A DNA stretch of 61,353 nucleotides, the filler included. It is 6 parts of 6 records of this genome, joined end to end, with 100 filler letters (N's around TTAATTAATTAA, not from the genome) between each part and the next. Parts side by side here need not be neighbours in the genome. Positions count along the whole stretch, not along the records: positions 1 to 11,159 come from SRR31147125_17072; positions 11,260 to 23,190 come from SRR31147125_17099; 4 more parts are not named here. One strand, given 5' to 3'. The notes under the pieces were generated by a model, which worked only from the letters and a program-made list of their open reading frames with translations, made no database searches and was not told the origin of the DNA. The position numbers and the translations under genes are program-made. Position 1 is the first letter of the stretch, and each line of letters starts with the position of its first letter. This document shows, one piece after another, positions 9,520-21,700 of the stretch.

Positions 9520-11159
9520 ATGAAGTATTTGTTTTTCATTTTTTTGCTCTTTAATATGGGTGTTATACAAGCCCAGAATTATCAAACGACATGGTCCAGA
9601 TGTTATGGTGGGACAGGCAATGATGAGGTAAGAAGTATAATTCCACATGATAATGGATATCTGTTTTTTGGGAATACACAATCACATGATGGCGATGTGT
9701 TAAACAATCCATTGGATGATTGGCCAGCTGGATGGTTAGTTGGAATTGATAGTATAGGAAATATAGAATTTGATAAATATTATACTGGTTTTGGAACACA
9801 TGTAGCTGGTTGTAAGATTTTAAGTAATGAATCAGGTTATTATTTATTTGGTGAAAGTGGACCTAATAATTATGATAATATTGATGGCTATTGGTTAGCA
9901 AAAACTGATCATGATTTTAATATTGTTTGGCAAGAAGTTTATGGTGGTTCTGGTGATGAAGAGCCTACAAGCCTTGTTATAACTGAAGATAGTGGAGTTA
10001 TAGGTTTGGGAAGAACTACTTCAAATGATGGAGATATTGAAATTAATTATGGTTATTGGGATAATTGGCTTGTTTCTTTAGATGCAGATGGAAATAAAAA
10101 ATGGGTTAAATCATTTGGGTGTTATGCTGCTGATGTTCCTAGTCAAATAATTAGTACTTATGATTCAAATTATTTATTTAGTACAACGGGTTATAATATA
10201 GATTCAGGAAATGTTTATTGCTCAGGTCATGATTTATTAAATGAAGAAGCAAAATTGATGAAGATAAATCCATCTGGTGAAGCAATATGGTTGCAGTGCT
10301 ATGGAGGGAGCTATACAGATGTGTTTAGTGATATTATAGAATCTGATGATGGATATATTTGTATTGGTATGTCGTTATCAAACGATTTAGACCTGCAAGG
10401 TCATCATGGTATTCCAGATGATGATAGTGATTTATGGATAGCAAAAACAGATTTAAATGGAGAACTTCAATGGTCGAAGCTCTATGGAGGTTCTCATTGG
10501 GAGGTGGGTCTTAAAATATTTACAAAAAGCAGAGGCGGTTATACTGCTTTTGGTTTTACCAAATCACAGAATGGAGATGTTAATGGTAATACCACAATTC
10601 AAAGAACTTTTATATTATGGATGTTAGAAATTGATGAAAATGGTGAATTATTATACCAAAAGCCCTTTATTGAGCTTGAGAATTTAGGTTTAATGGATAT
10701 TTTGCAGGTTTCAGATTATAAATATGTAATTGCAACCACTAAGATAACACATGGTTGCCATCATACCTATCCAAATGTGAATAGCGATATCTATATCTTC
10801 GAAATACAGGATATAGATGAGTATATACCATCTCAGCCAATGGGAGATAATGAAGTATGTGTTGAAAACAATGCAGAAAGTATATACTCTACACAATTGG
10901 TTGTAGATACTATGGAAACCCAATGGCAACTCATTCCAGAAGAAGCAGGGGAGATCATTAATTTACATGACAGTGTTCGTATAAGCTGGAACCAAAACTA
11001 TTTTGATACAGTCTGGTTACAAGTAAGAGCAGTAAATGAGTATGGTGAGAGCAGTTACTCAGAAGCCAAACAGATTTTACTTAAAGATTGTACAGGCTTG
11101 GGAGAAACTCATCAAAAACAACTCAAAGCTTACCCCAACCCAGCCAGCAGCCAAATCAC
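9520..11159 (+). CDS. T9SS-secreted repeat (beta-propeller-like) protein, truncated at the contig end
   Basis: Repeated W-x-x-x-YGG-x-x-x-[DE] units; the CTD begins (AYPNPASSQI) at the linker. Confidence 0.85.
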
Positions 11160-11259
11160 NNNNNNNNNNNNNNNNNNNNNNNNNNNNNNNNNNNNNNNNN
11201 NNNTTAATTAATTAANNNNNNNNNNNNNNNNNNNNNNNNNNNNNNNNNNNNNNNNNNNN
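11160..11259. other. Artificial contig-joining linker
   Basis: N-run, TTAATTAATTAA (stops in all frames), N-run; base composition changes across it. Confidence 0.98.
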
Positions 11260-11434
11260 CTCTCCCATGAACGCTCCCCTAGGGTGCAAATTCCAGACAC
11301 GCTGCCCTTACAAAACAGAGGCATGCGAACGGGTTCGACCCCGGCTTGAGCCCGTCAATCCGGAAAAAGAGGATGGGCACGCCGTTGCCTGTCATAACTG
11401 GCGGACACTGCCGTTTGCTTCAAGAAAGGATTAA
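11260..11434 (+). CDS. C-terminal fragment of an oligopeptide/dipeptide ABC transporter ATP-binding protein
   Basis: Manual translation SPMNAPLGCKFQTRCPYKTEACERVRP...HAVACH matches the Cys-rich OppD/OppF C-terminal motif. Confidence 0.85.
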
Positions 11435-11483
11435 GGGCGTGGGGAATTATTGAAAAGCGCGGCACAGGTGTAAAGGAAGATGT

Positions 11484-12236
11484 ATGAAACCGGTCATCGG
11501 CATTACAACCCATCTGGATACCAGCAACCCCAAAAAAGTGTATGCAGCTGTCAGTAACAGCTATATCCATTCCGTACTGATGGCAGGAGGGATTCCGGTC
11601 ATGTTGCCGGTGGTGGAAGATCAGGATGCGGCAATGGAGTATTTGTCGGTTATTGATGGGCTTCTTTTGTCCGGCGGAGAAGATGTCTGTACCATGGTGT
11701 ATGGAGAAAATCCCATCAAAGAGGTGGAGATGTTTTGTCCCCAGCGGGATGCATTCGAGATTGCCCTTTTTACGGCAGCCTTGGAGCAAGACCTGCCGGT
11801 GTTGGGGATCTGCCGGGGACTTCAAGTGATGAATGCCGCAGTTGGCGGGACCCTGTATCAGGATATATTTACCCAATGCGAAAACTGTCTGGGCCATCTT
11901 CCCCAAAAATTGCCGGTGGACTGCCTGTATCACACCATCACCATTGAAAAGAACTCTCTTTTGGCCGAGGTGTTTGGAAAAGAGGAGCTGCGGGTCAACT
12001 CCTACCACCATCAGGCAGTAAAAGATGTGGCCGAATCCTTTCGGGCAACAGCCTTTTCCACGGATAATGTCATCGAGGCCATCGAGCATAATGAGAAGAA
12101 ATTTGCCCTGGGGGTGCAGTGGCATCCGGAGGATCTGACCATCAAGCATCCCCATTTCATCGCGCTGTTCAAAGCGTTGGTCAATGAGGCATTACACTTC
12201 AAAAGGAAGACATGTCTAGACGCGTGTAATGGTTGA
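11484..12236 (+). CDS. Gamma-glutamyl-gamma-aminobutyrate hydrolase family protein (peptidase C26)
   Basis: KPVIGIT, GLLLSGGEDV, LGICRGLQ (nucleophile Cys), VNSYHHQAV and GVQWHPE. Confidence 0.93.
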   Translation: MKPVIGITTHLDTSNPKKVYAAVSNSYIHSVLMAGGIPVMLPVVEDQDAAMEYLSVIDGLLLSGGEDVCTMVYGENPIKEVEMFCPQRDAFEIALFTAALEQDLPVLGICRGLQVMNAAVGGTLYQDIFTQCENCLGHLPQKLPVDCLYHTITIEKNSLLAEVFGKEELRVNSYHHQAVKDVAESFRATAFSTDNVIEAIEHNEKKFALGVQWHPEDLTIKHPHFIALFKALVNEALHFKRKTCLDACNG

Positions 12237-12817
12237 CATCATTGGAGGAATATGGATGCTCCGGAGCACCACCCCACGATTCGATCATCACTTGATGATA
12301 TTCTCCGGTTTGATTTTGTCGTCTTTGTCATTTTTTGTTTGATCGCGTTTGCCTGTCACCTGACAGGAATTTCGCATTCATGTGGATATTCCCATTTTGG
12401 GTAAGAGGTATAACTGCATCAGCAGGTAGACGCCGATAAAGACTAAAAAAAGAACCATTTCTTTCATTTTCGATTGCCTCCGAATAACCGTTTTCATTTA
12501 ACCGTGAAAATGGTTTTTTATTTTCATGGTTGGCCTTTGTGTCTAAATGACTATAAGCACAATTTAGGCCAATGGCCATAGTTCCGGTAAACCGGGATCT
12601 GCAACGCGCGCCATGGGATTATGGTTTTGAAGTATCGCAACAAAACGATTGGTAACGCTATGTTGCGATGGATTGATTCCCTACCGCTTTAGGAAAATTT
12701 GATAGGAGTCTTCATTTCCTGATTGAATAAGATGGGGTCAAAAACACTTAAATTTACAGAGAGTTGTACTTTCTTACAACAGATTGAAATATGCATACTT
12801 GCTGAAAAGGGATCCAT

Positions 12818-12833
12818 TGGCATGTATCTTGGT
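12818..12833 (+). promoter_or_regulatory. Possible sigma-54 (-24/-12) promoter
   Basis: TGGCATGTATCTTGGT versus consensus TGGCACGnnnnTTGCW; spacing is correct but -12 reads GG instead of GC. About 120 nt upstream of the transporter gene. Confidence 0.3.
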
Positions 12834-12952
12834 TATGATTATTTGCCGAAAACATTGTGTGAAATAAATTGCAAATTCAATTGGAGTTTAAGTTGGGGAG
12901 AAATTTTCAGTCTCGCAACAGTTACTAAAATGAGTATTGGAGGAGGAATATC

Positions 12953-13959
12953 ATGTGGAAATTTTTCGGTAAGATATCAAAAAATTTGATCATTGCCATT
13001 CCGGTAATGATGATTCTGGGATTTCTGTTCGGCATCATTTTCAATGCCGCGTTTCTAAAAAGTTTGATCATTCCGTTTACCTTTCTCATGGTTTACCCCA
13101 TGATGGTGACCCTGAACATTCAGAAGGTGTTTGAGGGGGAGATGTCAAAGCACAACTGTTGACTCAGATCATCAACTTTGGAATCGTTCCAGTTGTCGCT
13201 TATGTGATTGGACTCTTTTTCTTCCGTGAGCAGCCATACATGGCACTGGGGCTTTTGTTGGCAGGACTGGTCCCTACCAGCGGAATGACCATCTCTTGGA
13301 CCGGATTTGCCAAAGGAAATATCGAGGCAGCCGTTAAAATGACGGTTATCGGACTGACCTTGGGGTCCATTGCAACGCCGTTTTACGTCCAGATGCTCAT
13401 GGGCGCATCCATTGAGATTAACTTTGCCAAGGTGATGCAACAGATTGTGGTGATCGTTTTCTTGCCCATGATCGCGGGATTTATTACCAGAAAATATTTG
13501 GTCAAAAAACATGGGGTGAAACCATTTAAAGAGCGTATCGGTCCCAGATTTCCTGCACTCTCCACCTTGGGCGTCATCGGAATCGTCTTCATCGCCATGG
13601 CCCTGAAAGCAAAGGGAATTGCTTCAGCGCCGGGTATGATTCTTTACATCCTCATCCCTTTGACGATCATCTATGGCTTTAATTTTGTGTTGAGCAGTTT
13701 GGTGGGAAAATACTTTTTACCCAGGGGAGACGCCATTGCCCTGGTGTACGGTTCAGTGATGCGAAACCTCTCCATCGCTCTTGCCATTGCAATCAATGCT
13801 TTTGGACAGGAAGGGACAAGCGCCGCACTGGTGGTGGCCATTGCCTACATCATTCAGGTGCAGTCGGCAGCCTGGTATGTGAAGTTCACCGATAAAATTT
13901 TCGGACAATTGCCGGAAAAGATTGACATGGAACCTGCTTTGGCGTCTCGTTCATCATGA
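12953..13959 (+). CDS. ACR3/SBF (arsenite resistance / bile acid:Na+ symporter) family transporter, split by a 1-nt frameshift
   Basis: ORFs 12953..13162 and 13159..13959 join if one G is added to the G5 run at 13135-13139 (…FEGGDVKAQLLTQIINF…). Motifs FLMVYPMM, WTGFAKGN and RNLSIALAIA. Confidence 0.85.
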
Positions 13960-14154
13960 GAATTTGCTTGTTTCTTGAGTTAAAGAATGAAAAAATATTG
14001 ACGGATGTGGAGAAACGTGCCACTCCGTCAAGTGGTATTTTAATGCAATATGATGGAATCAGGGAAGTAGAATTTCGAATCACTTGAAAACAGTGAGTAT
14101 TTTTTTTGACATAGTTGGAAATGCGTCTCAAGATTAAGGAGCAGTTAGACAGCC

Positions 14155-14358
14155 ATGGGAAAATGTAAAAATCACCCGGATAGAGAGAGTGCCTACCACT
14201 GTATGAAGCACAACTATTTTCTTTGTAAAGAGTGCCTGAAATGTAGCGACCCGGAGATCTATTGCAAATTCAGGTCATCCTGCCCCATACACTTTTTATC
14301 GAAAAAAAACTTTGATGAGGAAACGCCCAGGGAATCTGAAGGTGCTGCCGTTCATTGA
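14155..14358 (+). CDS. Small Cys/His-rich zinc-finger (B-box-like) protein
   Basis: CKNHP…CMKH…LCKECLKC…YCKFRSSCPIH; aaggag RBS upstream. Confidence 0.75.
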   Translation: MGKCKNHPDRESAYHCMKHNYFLCKECLKCSDPEIYCKFRSSCPIHFLSKKNFDEETPRESEGAAVH

Positions 14359-14591
14359 AATTCATCTTGTCACACGCTTTTTGATTTGATATTTCTTTAT
14401 TTTTTCAATATTCCAGATGAGTGACCTGAGACAATAATGAGCGACAATGCAGCCATGTGAGTGTTCTCCCAAAACCATCCGTCTTCCCACTTACATACAG
14501 CGCATCCACCGTTCTTATTGATCGATGTGAAGATTTTTCGGTGAGCGCATCGTCGTTTGTGAAAATGTGAAATGCGAGGATAAAAGCTTTT

Positions 14592-15167
14592 ATGACCATT
14601 AATTACTGTTCCAGCTGCGGCGGTCCCATGACCCAGCGCATTCCGGAGGACGACGATCATCTTCGATCCGTTTGTACAAAATGCGGCTTCATCCATTATC
14701 TCAATCCCAAGGTGATTGTCGGAACCATTCCGGAATATGAAGATCGAATTCTACTCTGCCGAAGAAATATTGAACCGGGAAAGGGCAAATGGACCCTTCC
14801 TGCCGGTTATCTTGAAAATGGAGAGCGTACCCAAGACGGTGCGGTGCGGGAGACCTTGGAAGAGTCTCAGGCTGAGGTTGATATCATTTCTCCCTATCGT
14901 TTGTTCAATATTATCCATGTCAATCAGATCTATTTCATGTTCAGGGCGCAAATGAAGGCACCTCTCTTTGGACCAACGGCAGAGAGTATGGATGTGAGAC
15001 TGCTCCATGAATCTGAAATTCCATGGGATGAGATTGCCTTTAAAGTGATCAAAGAAACTCTGGAACACTATTTTTACGATCGTATAGAAGGGATATTTCC
15101 GTTTCAAATGGGAGATATTCGTGTTCATAACCATAACATAAAATCTGTTGACGGTGTGTGTGCTTAA
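14592..15167 (+). CDS. NUDIX hydrolase with N-terminal zinc ribbon
   Basis: CSSCG…CTKCG zinc ribbon; Nudix box GYLENGERTQDGAVRETLEE. Confidence 0.93.
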   Translation: MTINYCSSCGGPMTQRIPEDDDHLRSVCTKCGFIHYLNPKVIVGTIPEYEDRILLCRRNIEPGKGKWTLPAGYLENGERTQDGAVRETLEESQAEVDIISPYRLFNIIHVNQIYFMFRAQMKAPLFGPTAESMDVRLLHESEIPWDEIAFKVIKETLEHYFYDRIEGIFPFQMGDIRVHNHNIKSVDGVCA

Positions 15168-15224
15168 AAACACGCGGTTTGATCAGTAAGGAATGAGCCC
15201 GAAATACCGGTCCCATTTCGGGGG

Positions 15225-15251
15225 CGGGGACAGTTTAAAGATCCGTCCCCG
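15225..15251. repeat. Short palindromic REP-like repeat, copy 1
   Basis: cggggacagtttaaagatccgtccccg, related to the copy at 15891-15914. Confidence 0.55.
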
Positions 15252-15296
15252 AATCACAACAATGGAGCAATAATTAAAAAATATGAAGGAGAGAGC

Positions 15297-15818
15297 ATGA
15301 GCAAGACCATTGAAAATTTGAAAGCGGCATTTGCCGGTGAGTCCCAAGCGCGCAATAAATACACATTCTTTGCCAAAGTGGCTCGAAAAGAGGGGTATCA
15401 TTACATTGCCAAGGTGTTTGAAGAGAGTGCGGAAAACGAACAACGCCATGCCAATGATCATTTCAAACTGCTTGGCGGTATCGGCGACACCATCGCCAAC
15501 CTGAAAGAGGCCATTGACGGTGAAGATTACGAAACCGTGACCATGTACCCGGAATTTGCCGAGATTGCTGATCAGGAAGGAAACAAAGAGGCTGCCGCCC
15601 TGTTCCGGCAGATTGGAAAGATAGAGGCCCTTCACCGCGATCGTTATAAACGGTGCCTGGAGATGGTGGAGAATGGGATGGTATTCAAACGGGATGAGCC
15701 CATTAAATGGAAATGCAGCCTATGCGGATACACCCATGAAGGAACCGAGCCTCCAACGAAGTGCCCCAGCTGTCAGCATCCCAAAGAGTACTATGAGCCG
15801 GCAAGCATGGATATTTAA
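15297..15818 (+). CDS. rbr: Rubrerythrin
   Basis: NLKAAFAGESQARNKY, di-iron ExxH motifs and a C-terminal rubredoxin-like CSLC…CPSC. Confidence 0.95.
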   Translation: MSKTIENLKAAFAGESQARNKYTFFAKVARKEGYHYIAKVFEESAENEQRHANDHFKLLGGIGDTIANLKEAIDGEDYETVTMYPEFAEIADQEGNKEAAALFRQIGKIEALHRDRYKRCLEMVENGMVFKRDEPIKWKCSLCGYTHEGTEPPTKCPSCQHPKEYYEPASMDI

Positions 15819-15890
15819 CCCCCAAAGAAAAGGTAAAAAAAGGGCAGAATTCCATGAATGAAACCGGGAATCTGCTCTTCTTATGAAAGT

Positions 15891-15914
15891 GGGGACGGAT
15901 TTAGAATCCGTCCC
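15891..15914. repeat. Short palindromic REP-like repeat, copy 2 (may also terminate convergent genes)
   Basis: gggacggatt-tag-aatccgtccc. Confidence 0.55.
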
Positions 15915-15941
15915 TGAAACACGTTACAATGAATGACCGGG

Positions 15942-16346
15942 TTAATCGTTTCTCACCTCAATTTTTCTGGGTACCGCTTTTGCTACCTTCGGCAGAATCA
16001 CTTTCAGCACACCGTCATTGAGATGCGCTTCAATACTCTCCTGGTTTATGGCTTCGGAGAGGGTGAATCGCCGGAAATACCGACCCAGCCCAAACTCCAC
16101 CAGTACATTGGATTCATCATCCTTCTCCCACGGTTTCACATCACCTTCCAAAGTCAGTACCCCATCCTTCAGATCGATGGTGATATCTTCGGCACCCACA
16201 CCCGGCATATCGGCCAGCATGACAAGCTCTCTGTCGTTTTCGTAAATATCCACCGATGGTGTAAAGATCGGGCCTGGACGGGTATGTTCCGTTGGGGTAC
16301 TCACTTCCTGTTTCTCTTTTACCTGTAGTTCTTTTGTCTCAGCCAT
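15942..16346 (-). CDS. Hsp20/alpha-crystallin small heat shock protein
   Basis: PSVDIYE…ADMPGV…YFRRFTL…LNDGVLKVILPK; the ATG at 16346 has a ggagg RBS. Confidence 0.93.
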   Translation of the reverse strand: MAETKELQVKEKQEVSTPTEHTRPGPIFTPSVDIYENDRELVMLADMPGVGAEDITIDLKDGVLTLEGDVKPWEKDDESNVLVEFGLGRYFRRFTLSEAINQESIEAHLNDGVLKVILPKVAKAVPRKIEVRND

Positions 16347-16513
16347 TTTATTTTTCCTCCAAATCGTTTCGTTCAACAATACTCAAGTCGTTGAAATTGA
16401 TGGGATTGGGTGTGACGGATCTTTTGTCGACACGTAAAGCGTTTTCTCAGAAAAAGATCCGTCATGATGGTCGCAACTCGCGCAGACTCGTTATTACAAG
16501 GGCTTATGTCTTG

Positions 16514-16987
16514 TTAATGAATGGTGATCTGCCTTGGTTTGGCTGCTTCCGATTTGCCGACGGAGATGGTTAAAAGACCGTTGACCATTTCCGCAGTGAC
16601 CTTATCGGCATCGACATCGCCGGGAAGCATAACCGCTCTGGAGAATTTCCCGCCTTCCCGCTCTCGTCTGTGGTATTTTACATTTTCCTCTTCAGCGCGT
16701 GTCTCTCTTTTGCCGGTAATGGTCAGATTTTTTCCATTGATCTGCAGATCGATATCCTCTGACTTGATGCCGGGAAGCTCCGCACGGATATAGTAGTTCT
16801 CCTTATCTTCCATGATGTTCAGGGCGGGAAACACACCTGATTTACTGAGGTGAGTGAATGTTGACGGGAGTGCGGCATCCATCAATCGACTCAGGCGAGT
16901 CATCTCTTTTCTCAATCCATCCATTTCAAAAAAAGGATGGTTCCAATTGCTGACTGTAGGGAAATTAAACATTCTTCTGGCGATCAT
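16514..16987 (-). CDS. Hsp20/alpha-crystallin small heat shock protein
   Basis: FPALNI…AELPG…YHRRER…FSRAVMLP…NGLLTI. Confidence 0.94.
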   Translation of the reverse strand: MIARRMFNFPTVSNWNHPFFEMDGLRKEMTRLSRLMDAALPSTFTHLSKSGVFPALNIMEDKENYYIRAELPGIKSEDIDLQINGKNLTITGKRETRAEEENVKYHRREREGGKFSRAVMLPGDVDADKVTAEMVNGLLTISVGKSEAAKPRQITIH

Positions 16988-17228
16988 GATTCGTCCTCCT
17001 TATTGAGTGGTGACTGTTGATCCCTGATTGAATCCGTCTGGAATCAATTCGGTTGTACTGAAATAATTTATGTTCATGAATTTATCTTTTTTATTACTCA
17101 ATTAAAGTTTAAACAAAAAGTAATGTATAATGATTAATAGTCAAGGGGCAGAAAGGAATTTTTTTGAAATGAATGAAATCTTGTGGGGAAGGAATGGGAG
17201 AAAGGGGGGCGGAATTGGAAATAACAAA

Positions 17229-17265
17229 AAAGGCCGCCGCACAAATCATCTGTGCGGCGGCCTTT
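17229..17265 (-). terminator. Rho-independent terminator downstream of gap
   Basis: aaaggccgccgcaca/tgtgcggcggccttt stem with a U-tract on the minus strand. Confidence 0.75.
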
Positions 17266-17388
17266 GAAAAGCGCATCAAAAGTTTTTTTGGAATCGGTTT
17301 TAAATAACCTGCTCATTCAAGACGCGCTTTTCGTTGAAGAATGGCGTGGTCTCAATGTAAAATGGGAGTCTTATTTTCGGTATATTTC

Positions 17389-18650
17389 TTACATATCTTC
17401 GGCAATGGAGACGGTTCGATCGCCCAGCATATTCACATAGCTGCCCATCTCATTGTCATACCACCCATAAACGACGGTCTGGGTAACCGGTACATTGATC
17501 GTCGTGCTGGCAAGGCTTGCAATGACGGTTTGATCCAGTCCCGGTACCGACGCAAGATCGATATTGACCTCGGCGGTTCGGGTATGGGTCTCATGCCCCT
17601 CGATGGTGGCGGCGGCTCTCGGGGTACCGATAATGTCTCCCGACACATTCTGCTTGTCCGTATAATGGAGGTACCCTCTGGGATCGTTGTCAGCCGCGTC
17701 TTTATAGATGCCGTTGATGAAATCCCTGCGGATCTCCTGACCCTGGATGTCTTCCTGGAGATTCAGCACCAGAATGACCAGGGAACCCGTGGTCGTCGGG
17801 ATACGGACCGACTCGGCAATGAATCCGATCTTCTCCATTTCAGGGATGACCAGGCGAAGTGCTTTGGCCGCTCCGGTGGAGGTGAGAATGATATTGTTGA
17901 GAATGCTCCGGTTCTTTCGTAAATCGGTTTTTCCCTTGCCCGGCAGCCGGTCCAGTACTTGCTGGGATCCGGTGGCTGCATGGATGGTGGCCATGGAGGC
18001 GGAAAGGATTTTTTCGGCCCCAGAACATCCAGCAGCGGCTTCATCATATGGGCCAGGCAGGTGGTGGTGCATGACGCATTGGAGATGATGGCGTGTTTGC
18101 GGGGATCATACATATGATCGTTGATGCCCATGACCGTGGTGACGGCATCTTCAGGCATGGCCCCTTTGAGCTCCATCCCCTTGTCTTTGAATTTGAAGGG
18201 GGCGGAGGCAATCACTTTTTCTGCGCCGGCTTTAAGATGGCCGCGGATGGAGCCTTTGGGATCTTCCGCCGGAAGCGTGGGGTCAAGGAATTGTCCGGTG
18301 GTGTCCACCACAATAGAGACGCCGTTGTCTTTCCAGGCAATTTCGGCAGGATTCCGCGCCTCTCTCAAAAACCTGACGCGGGTGCCGTCTACAATCATAC
18401 TCCCTTCAGCTTCATTCACGTCACTGATGACAGGCTCTGCCCGGTATCCGTGGAGAAACGCGTCCAGCCGCCCATAGGTGGAATCCCGCTCCATATAGTG
18501 GGCCATGTCATCCATGCCTTTTCCCACATCCCGCCCTACGTTGATGATCAACTCGTCAAAGTGTTTACGGCCGATGTGGTGCCACGCAGTCAGTTTGCCG
18601 ATGCGTCCGAAGCCATTGATTCCCAACTTGTTACTGCTGTCGATATCCAT
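17389..18650 (-). CDS. gap: Glyceraldehyde-3-phosphate dehydrogenase (long type I variant), split by a 1-nt frameshift
   Basis: GINGFGRIG, SNASCTTTCLA, TTGSLV and WYDNE. The two ORFs join at the C4 run 18018-18021 to read LLDVLGAEKILSASM. Confidence 0.9.
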
Positions 18651-18782
18651 TTGTGTATCCTTATTTGAATGGTGTTAAAAGTGGAAAAACGGAATAAAAT
18701 GAACTGAATTTATCTTGAAATATCGATGACATTATGAATTTTTAACAGGAGCGGCAAGCCCGTCATCATATAGCATTTCTCA

Positions 18783-21700
18783 TTACGGGCTGACAATGGG
18801 AAGTTCCCCTTTGAAGACGCTTCCCTCATGCCCGTCAATGCTCAGGAAATCTCCGGAAGAGAGGGTGACGGCTTCGTCGATTTTGCATTTTTTTTCAATC
18901 TCGTCACACACCATCATGCGGTATCCCACTACACAGGTTTTGTCAAGACGATAGGCTACAATGGAGGCGTGGGAGGTCATGCCTCCCCTTGCGGTGAGTA
19001 GACCGTCGGCAGCGTGGATCTCCCGGATATCATCAGGGACGGTGTCGTTTCTGACGATGATCAGAGGGGTATCGGGTTCCAGCTTGCGCCATCTTTGAAT
19101 TTCCTCGAGGGTAAAGACCAGACGGCCGGCCATGGCACCGCCGCTGACGCCGATACCGTTTCCCAGGAAGCGATCGGATGAGAAGGCCGCTGTCATGGCG
19201 TCCTGCCGAAATTCCGGTCTCTTTTTTCGTTCACGGATACCGAGGTCTCTTGTTTGCAGGATATAGAGATCTCCCAGTTCCGGTCCCTCAAATGTGAATT
19301 CGATTTCCTGGGGACTCCACCCCCGTTTTCCCACCAGCTCGTCCGCCCACAGCTGAAGCCCTTTATAAATCCGGGGAAAGTGGCTCTCCAGTGTGGTGTC
19401 GGTATTTCTCATCTCCCGTTCCTGCTGGGTGATGGAGATGGGAAAGGTGTTGACAAGTCCGGCCACGACATCTTCTCCCTGGCTTCCCTTGGTAAAATCT
19501 CCCCACAGGCTGATCTGCTCCCTGGGAGAGCGGGGATCGTGGGTCAGCACCACACCGGTTCCGGAATCTTCCGATATATTTCCAAAGACCATCTGCTGCA
19601 CGGTGATGGAAGTGCCCCAATCCTCCGAAAGGCCGATGATACGGCGGTAGGCCATGGCCCTTGGAGAATTCCATGAGTCAAATACCATCTTGATGGCAGT
19701 GAGTAGCTGATTGAAAGGGCTTTCACTGATGGAAAAACCGGCATCCACAATCTTATTCTTGTACGCCAGTGCCACCCGCTTCATCTGATTGCCGCTGAAG
19801 TCCTTTTTATAGGGAACGTGCCATTTATCCTTGTAATTGTTGATGATGGCATCGAACGCGTCTCTTTTCAGCCCCCTTGCCATTCCAAAACATTGCAAAA
19901 ATCGACGGTAGTTGTCCCATGCCAGCCAAGGGTTGCCTGTTTTTTGGGCCATGCCGTGGGCAATTTCCTCGTTCATTCCCACATCGATGAACGTATCCAT
20001 CATGCCCGGCTGGGAGATGACCGACCCGCTTCTTACCGACAATAACAATGGGTTGGACGGATCGCCGAATCGCTTTCCTGCCGTTTGTTCCAACGCTTTT
20101 AGTTCTCGTCTGATCTGCTCTCTGAAGTTGTATCGGGCCGGTTGATAGTAGTCGATCAGCTCCCGATAGCGAAATGCTTCCGTGGTGATGATAAACCCCG
20201 GAGGTACGGGAAGGCCGCAGGCGCAAAGCGTTACTAAGTTGCTCCCTTTGTTGCCCAGGTCCATGGCTCCCATGATCCATGTTTCGGGTTTATGCAGGGA
20301 GGTGATGATTCGTTTGGGATCGTACATCAAGAGTTTTTGAAGATGTTCCTGGGGCAACCCCTGGGCCTGTTGGGACAGGGTGGTCTGGATCCGTGTCAGT
20401 AGTCTGTCCAGCTGCTGCAATCCCAGGGCCGATGCCATCCGCTCTCTGAAAAAAATCTCCGCGACTTGATGGTCGCCGTCAAAGGTATCTTGCGTAAGGC
20501 GGTACTTTTCCAATAGCGCGGATTTTGGAACCGTCGCCAGAACCCGGCTCAGATTTTCCTGATGAGTGGTGTGAAAGTAATCGTTAATGATGTTTTTGAC
20601 GGCTTTGTTGATGGCTTGAAAAATATCCAGATATTGGGTGAAGGTGAATCCCTGTACTCCGAGAGAGTGGGTCAGCAGTTCCATTTGGAATTCATATTCG
20701 GAAGAGGAGATGCCGTCTAATTTCAGTGCCGTGTAGAACATCAGCAATCGGTTTCTGATTTTATGCACCGTCACCTTGGTGATGATGGAGAGATCCAGCT
20801 CTTCGACAAGCGCTTCAAACAGGGGGTTGACAAGGGATTCAAGACGAAACGTCAAGCCCAGGGCATCGAATTTTCTTTCATGATAACTGCCGTAAAGGGA
20901 GGGGATATCCGTGGTAAAGTGGCGCTTTTTGAAGATATCCTCCTGCGCGTCGTATCGCTTTTCCGACAATAGCTCTTTTTTGAGAAGCCCCAGATAGTTG
21001 AGCAGTTTTTGAAGTTTCCATTTTATTTTTGTATCGGGCTTTTTTTGCTCCGCCAGTGCCTCATGCAGTTGAGCCATGTGGGGGATATGGGCGGTATTGA
21101 CAAGCTCCAGGTATTTATCGATTTCCGTGAATGCCGGAGAATATTTTTGATAGAGAAGCTTGTAGAGGGTGATCAGCAGCATGACGCGTCTATGATCACT
21201 GCTGGTCGCAGCAGGGCAGGGGTTGCGTTTTAGAATGTCTTGAATCTGACGGCCGGATGTGTCCAGCAAATCTCCGGGAATATCGAATCCGTTCTCTTCA
21301 AGATATTTGAGGTCGGAGTGTACGCCTTTGATGGATTGATCGGGGTGTTGCTCTTTTTTAAATTTTTTTACTTTTGTTCCAGTCGTCTCGGAAATCGCGT
21401 TCGCTTCTATGGCGTGCATGAGTTCATCCGATAGATACGGCGTAAGGGCCGTCAAATCCCTGGTGAGCCAATAGGTGAAAATTCCTTCGGTCATGGCAAT
21501 AATCCGGTTACTGCTCTCCACATGGATCCGTTTCCGGTAAAAATGGATCAGCCGGTCTTTACGGTGGCACAGTTCATCCAATTCCGTGGAAATATCCCGG
21601 ATGGAGCCTTCGGCGCCGATTTCATTGTAGTAGACCGGAAGCAGACGGGTCAATTGCTTCACAAGATTGTAAACCGGTTCGATGGGACTGTTGAGTAGGG

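Noticed and set aside
11160-11259. TTAATTAATTAA motif recurring five times within N-runs
   Set aside because: Artificial contig spacer, not a biological repeat.
12953-18650. Programmed frameshifting or pseudogenisation of the ACR3-like gene and gap
   Set aside because: Both breaks are single-base losses in short G runs, a pattern repeated across unrelated contigs, which points to sequencing error.
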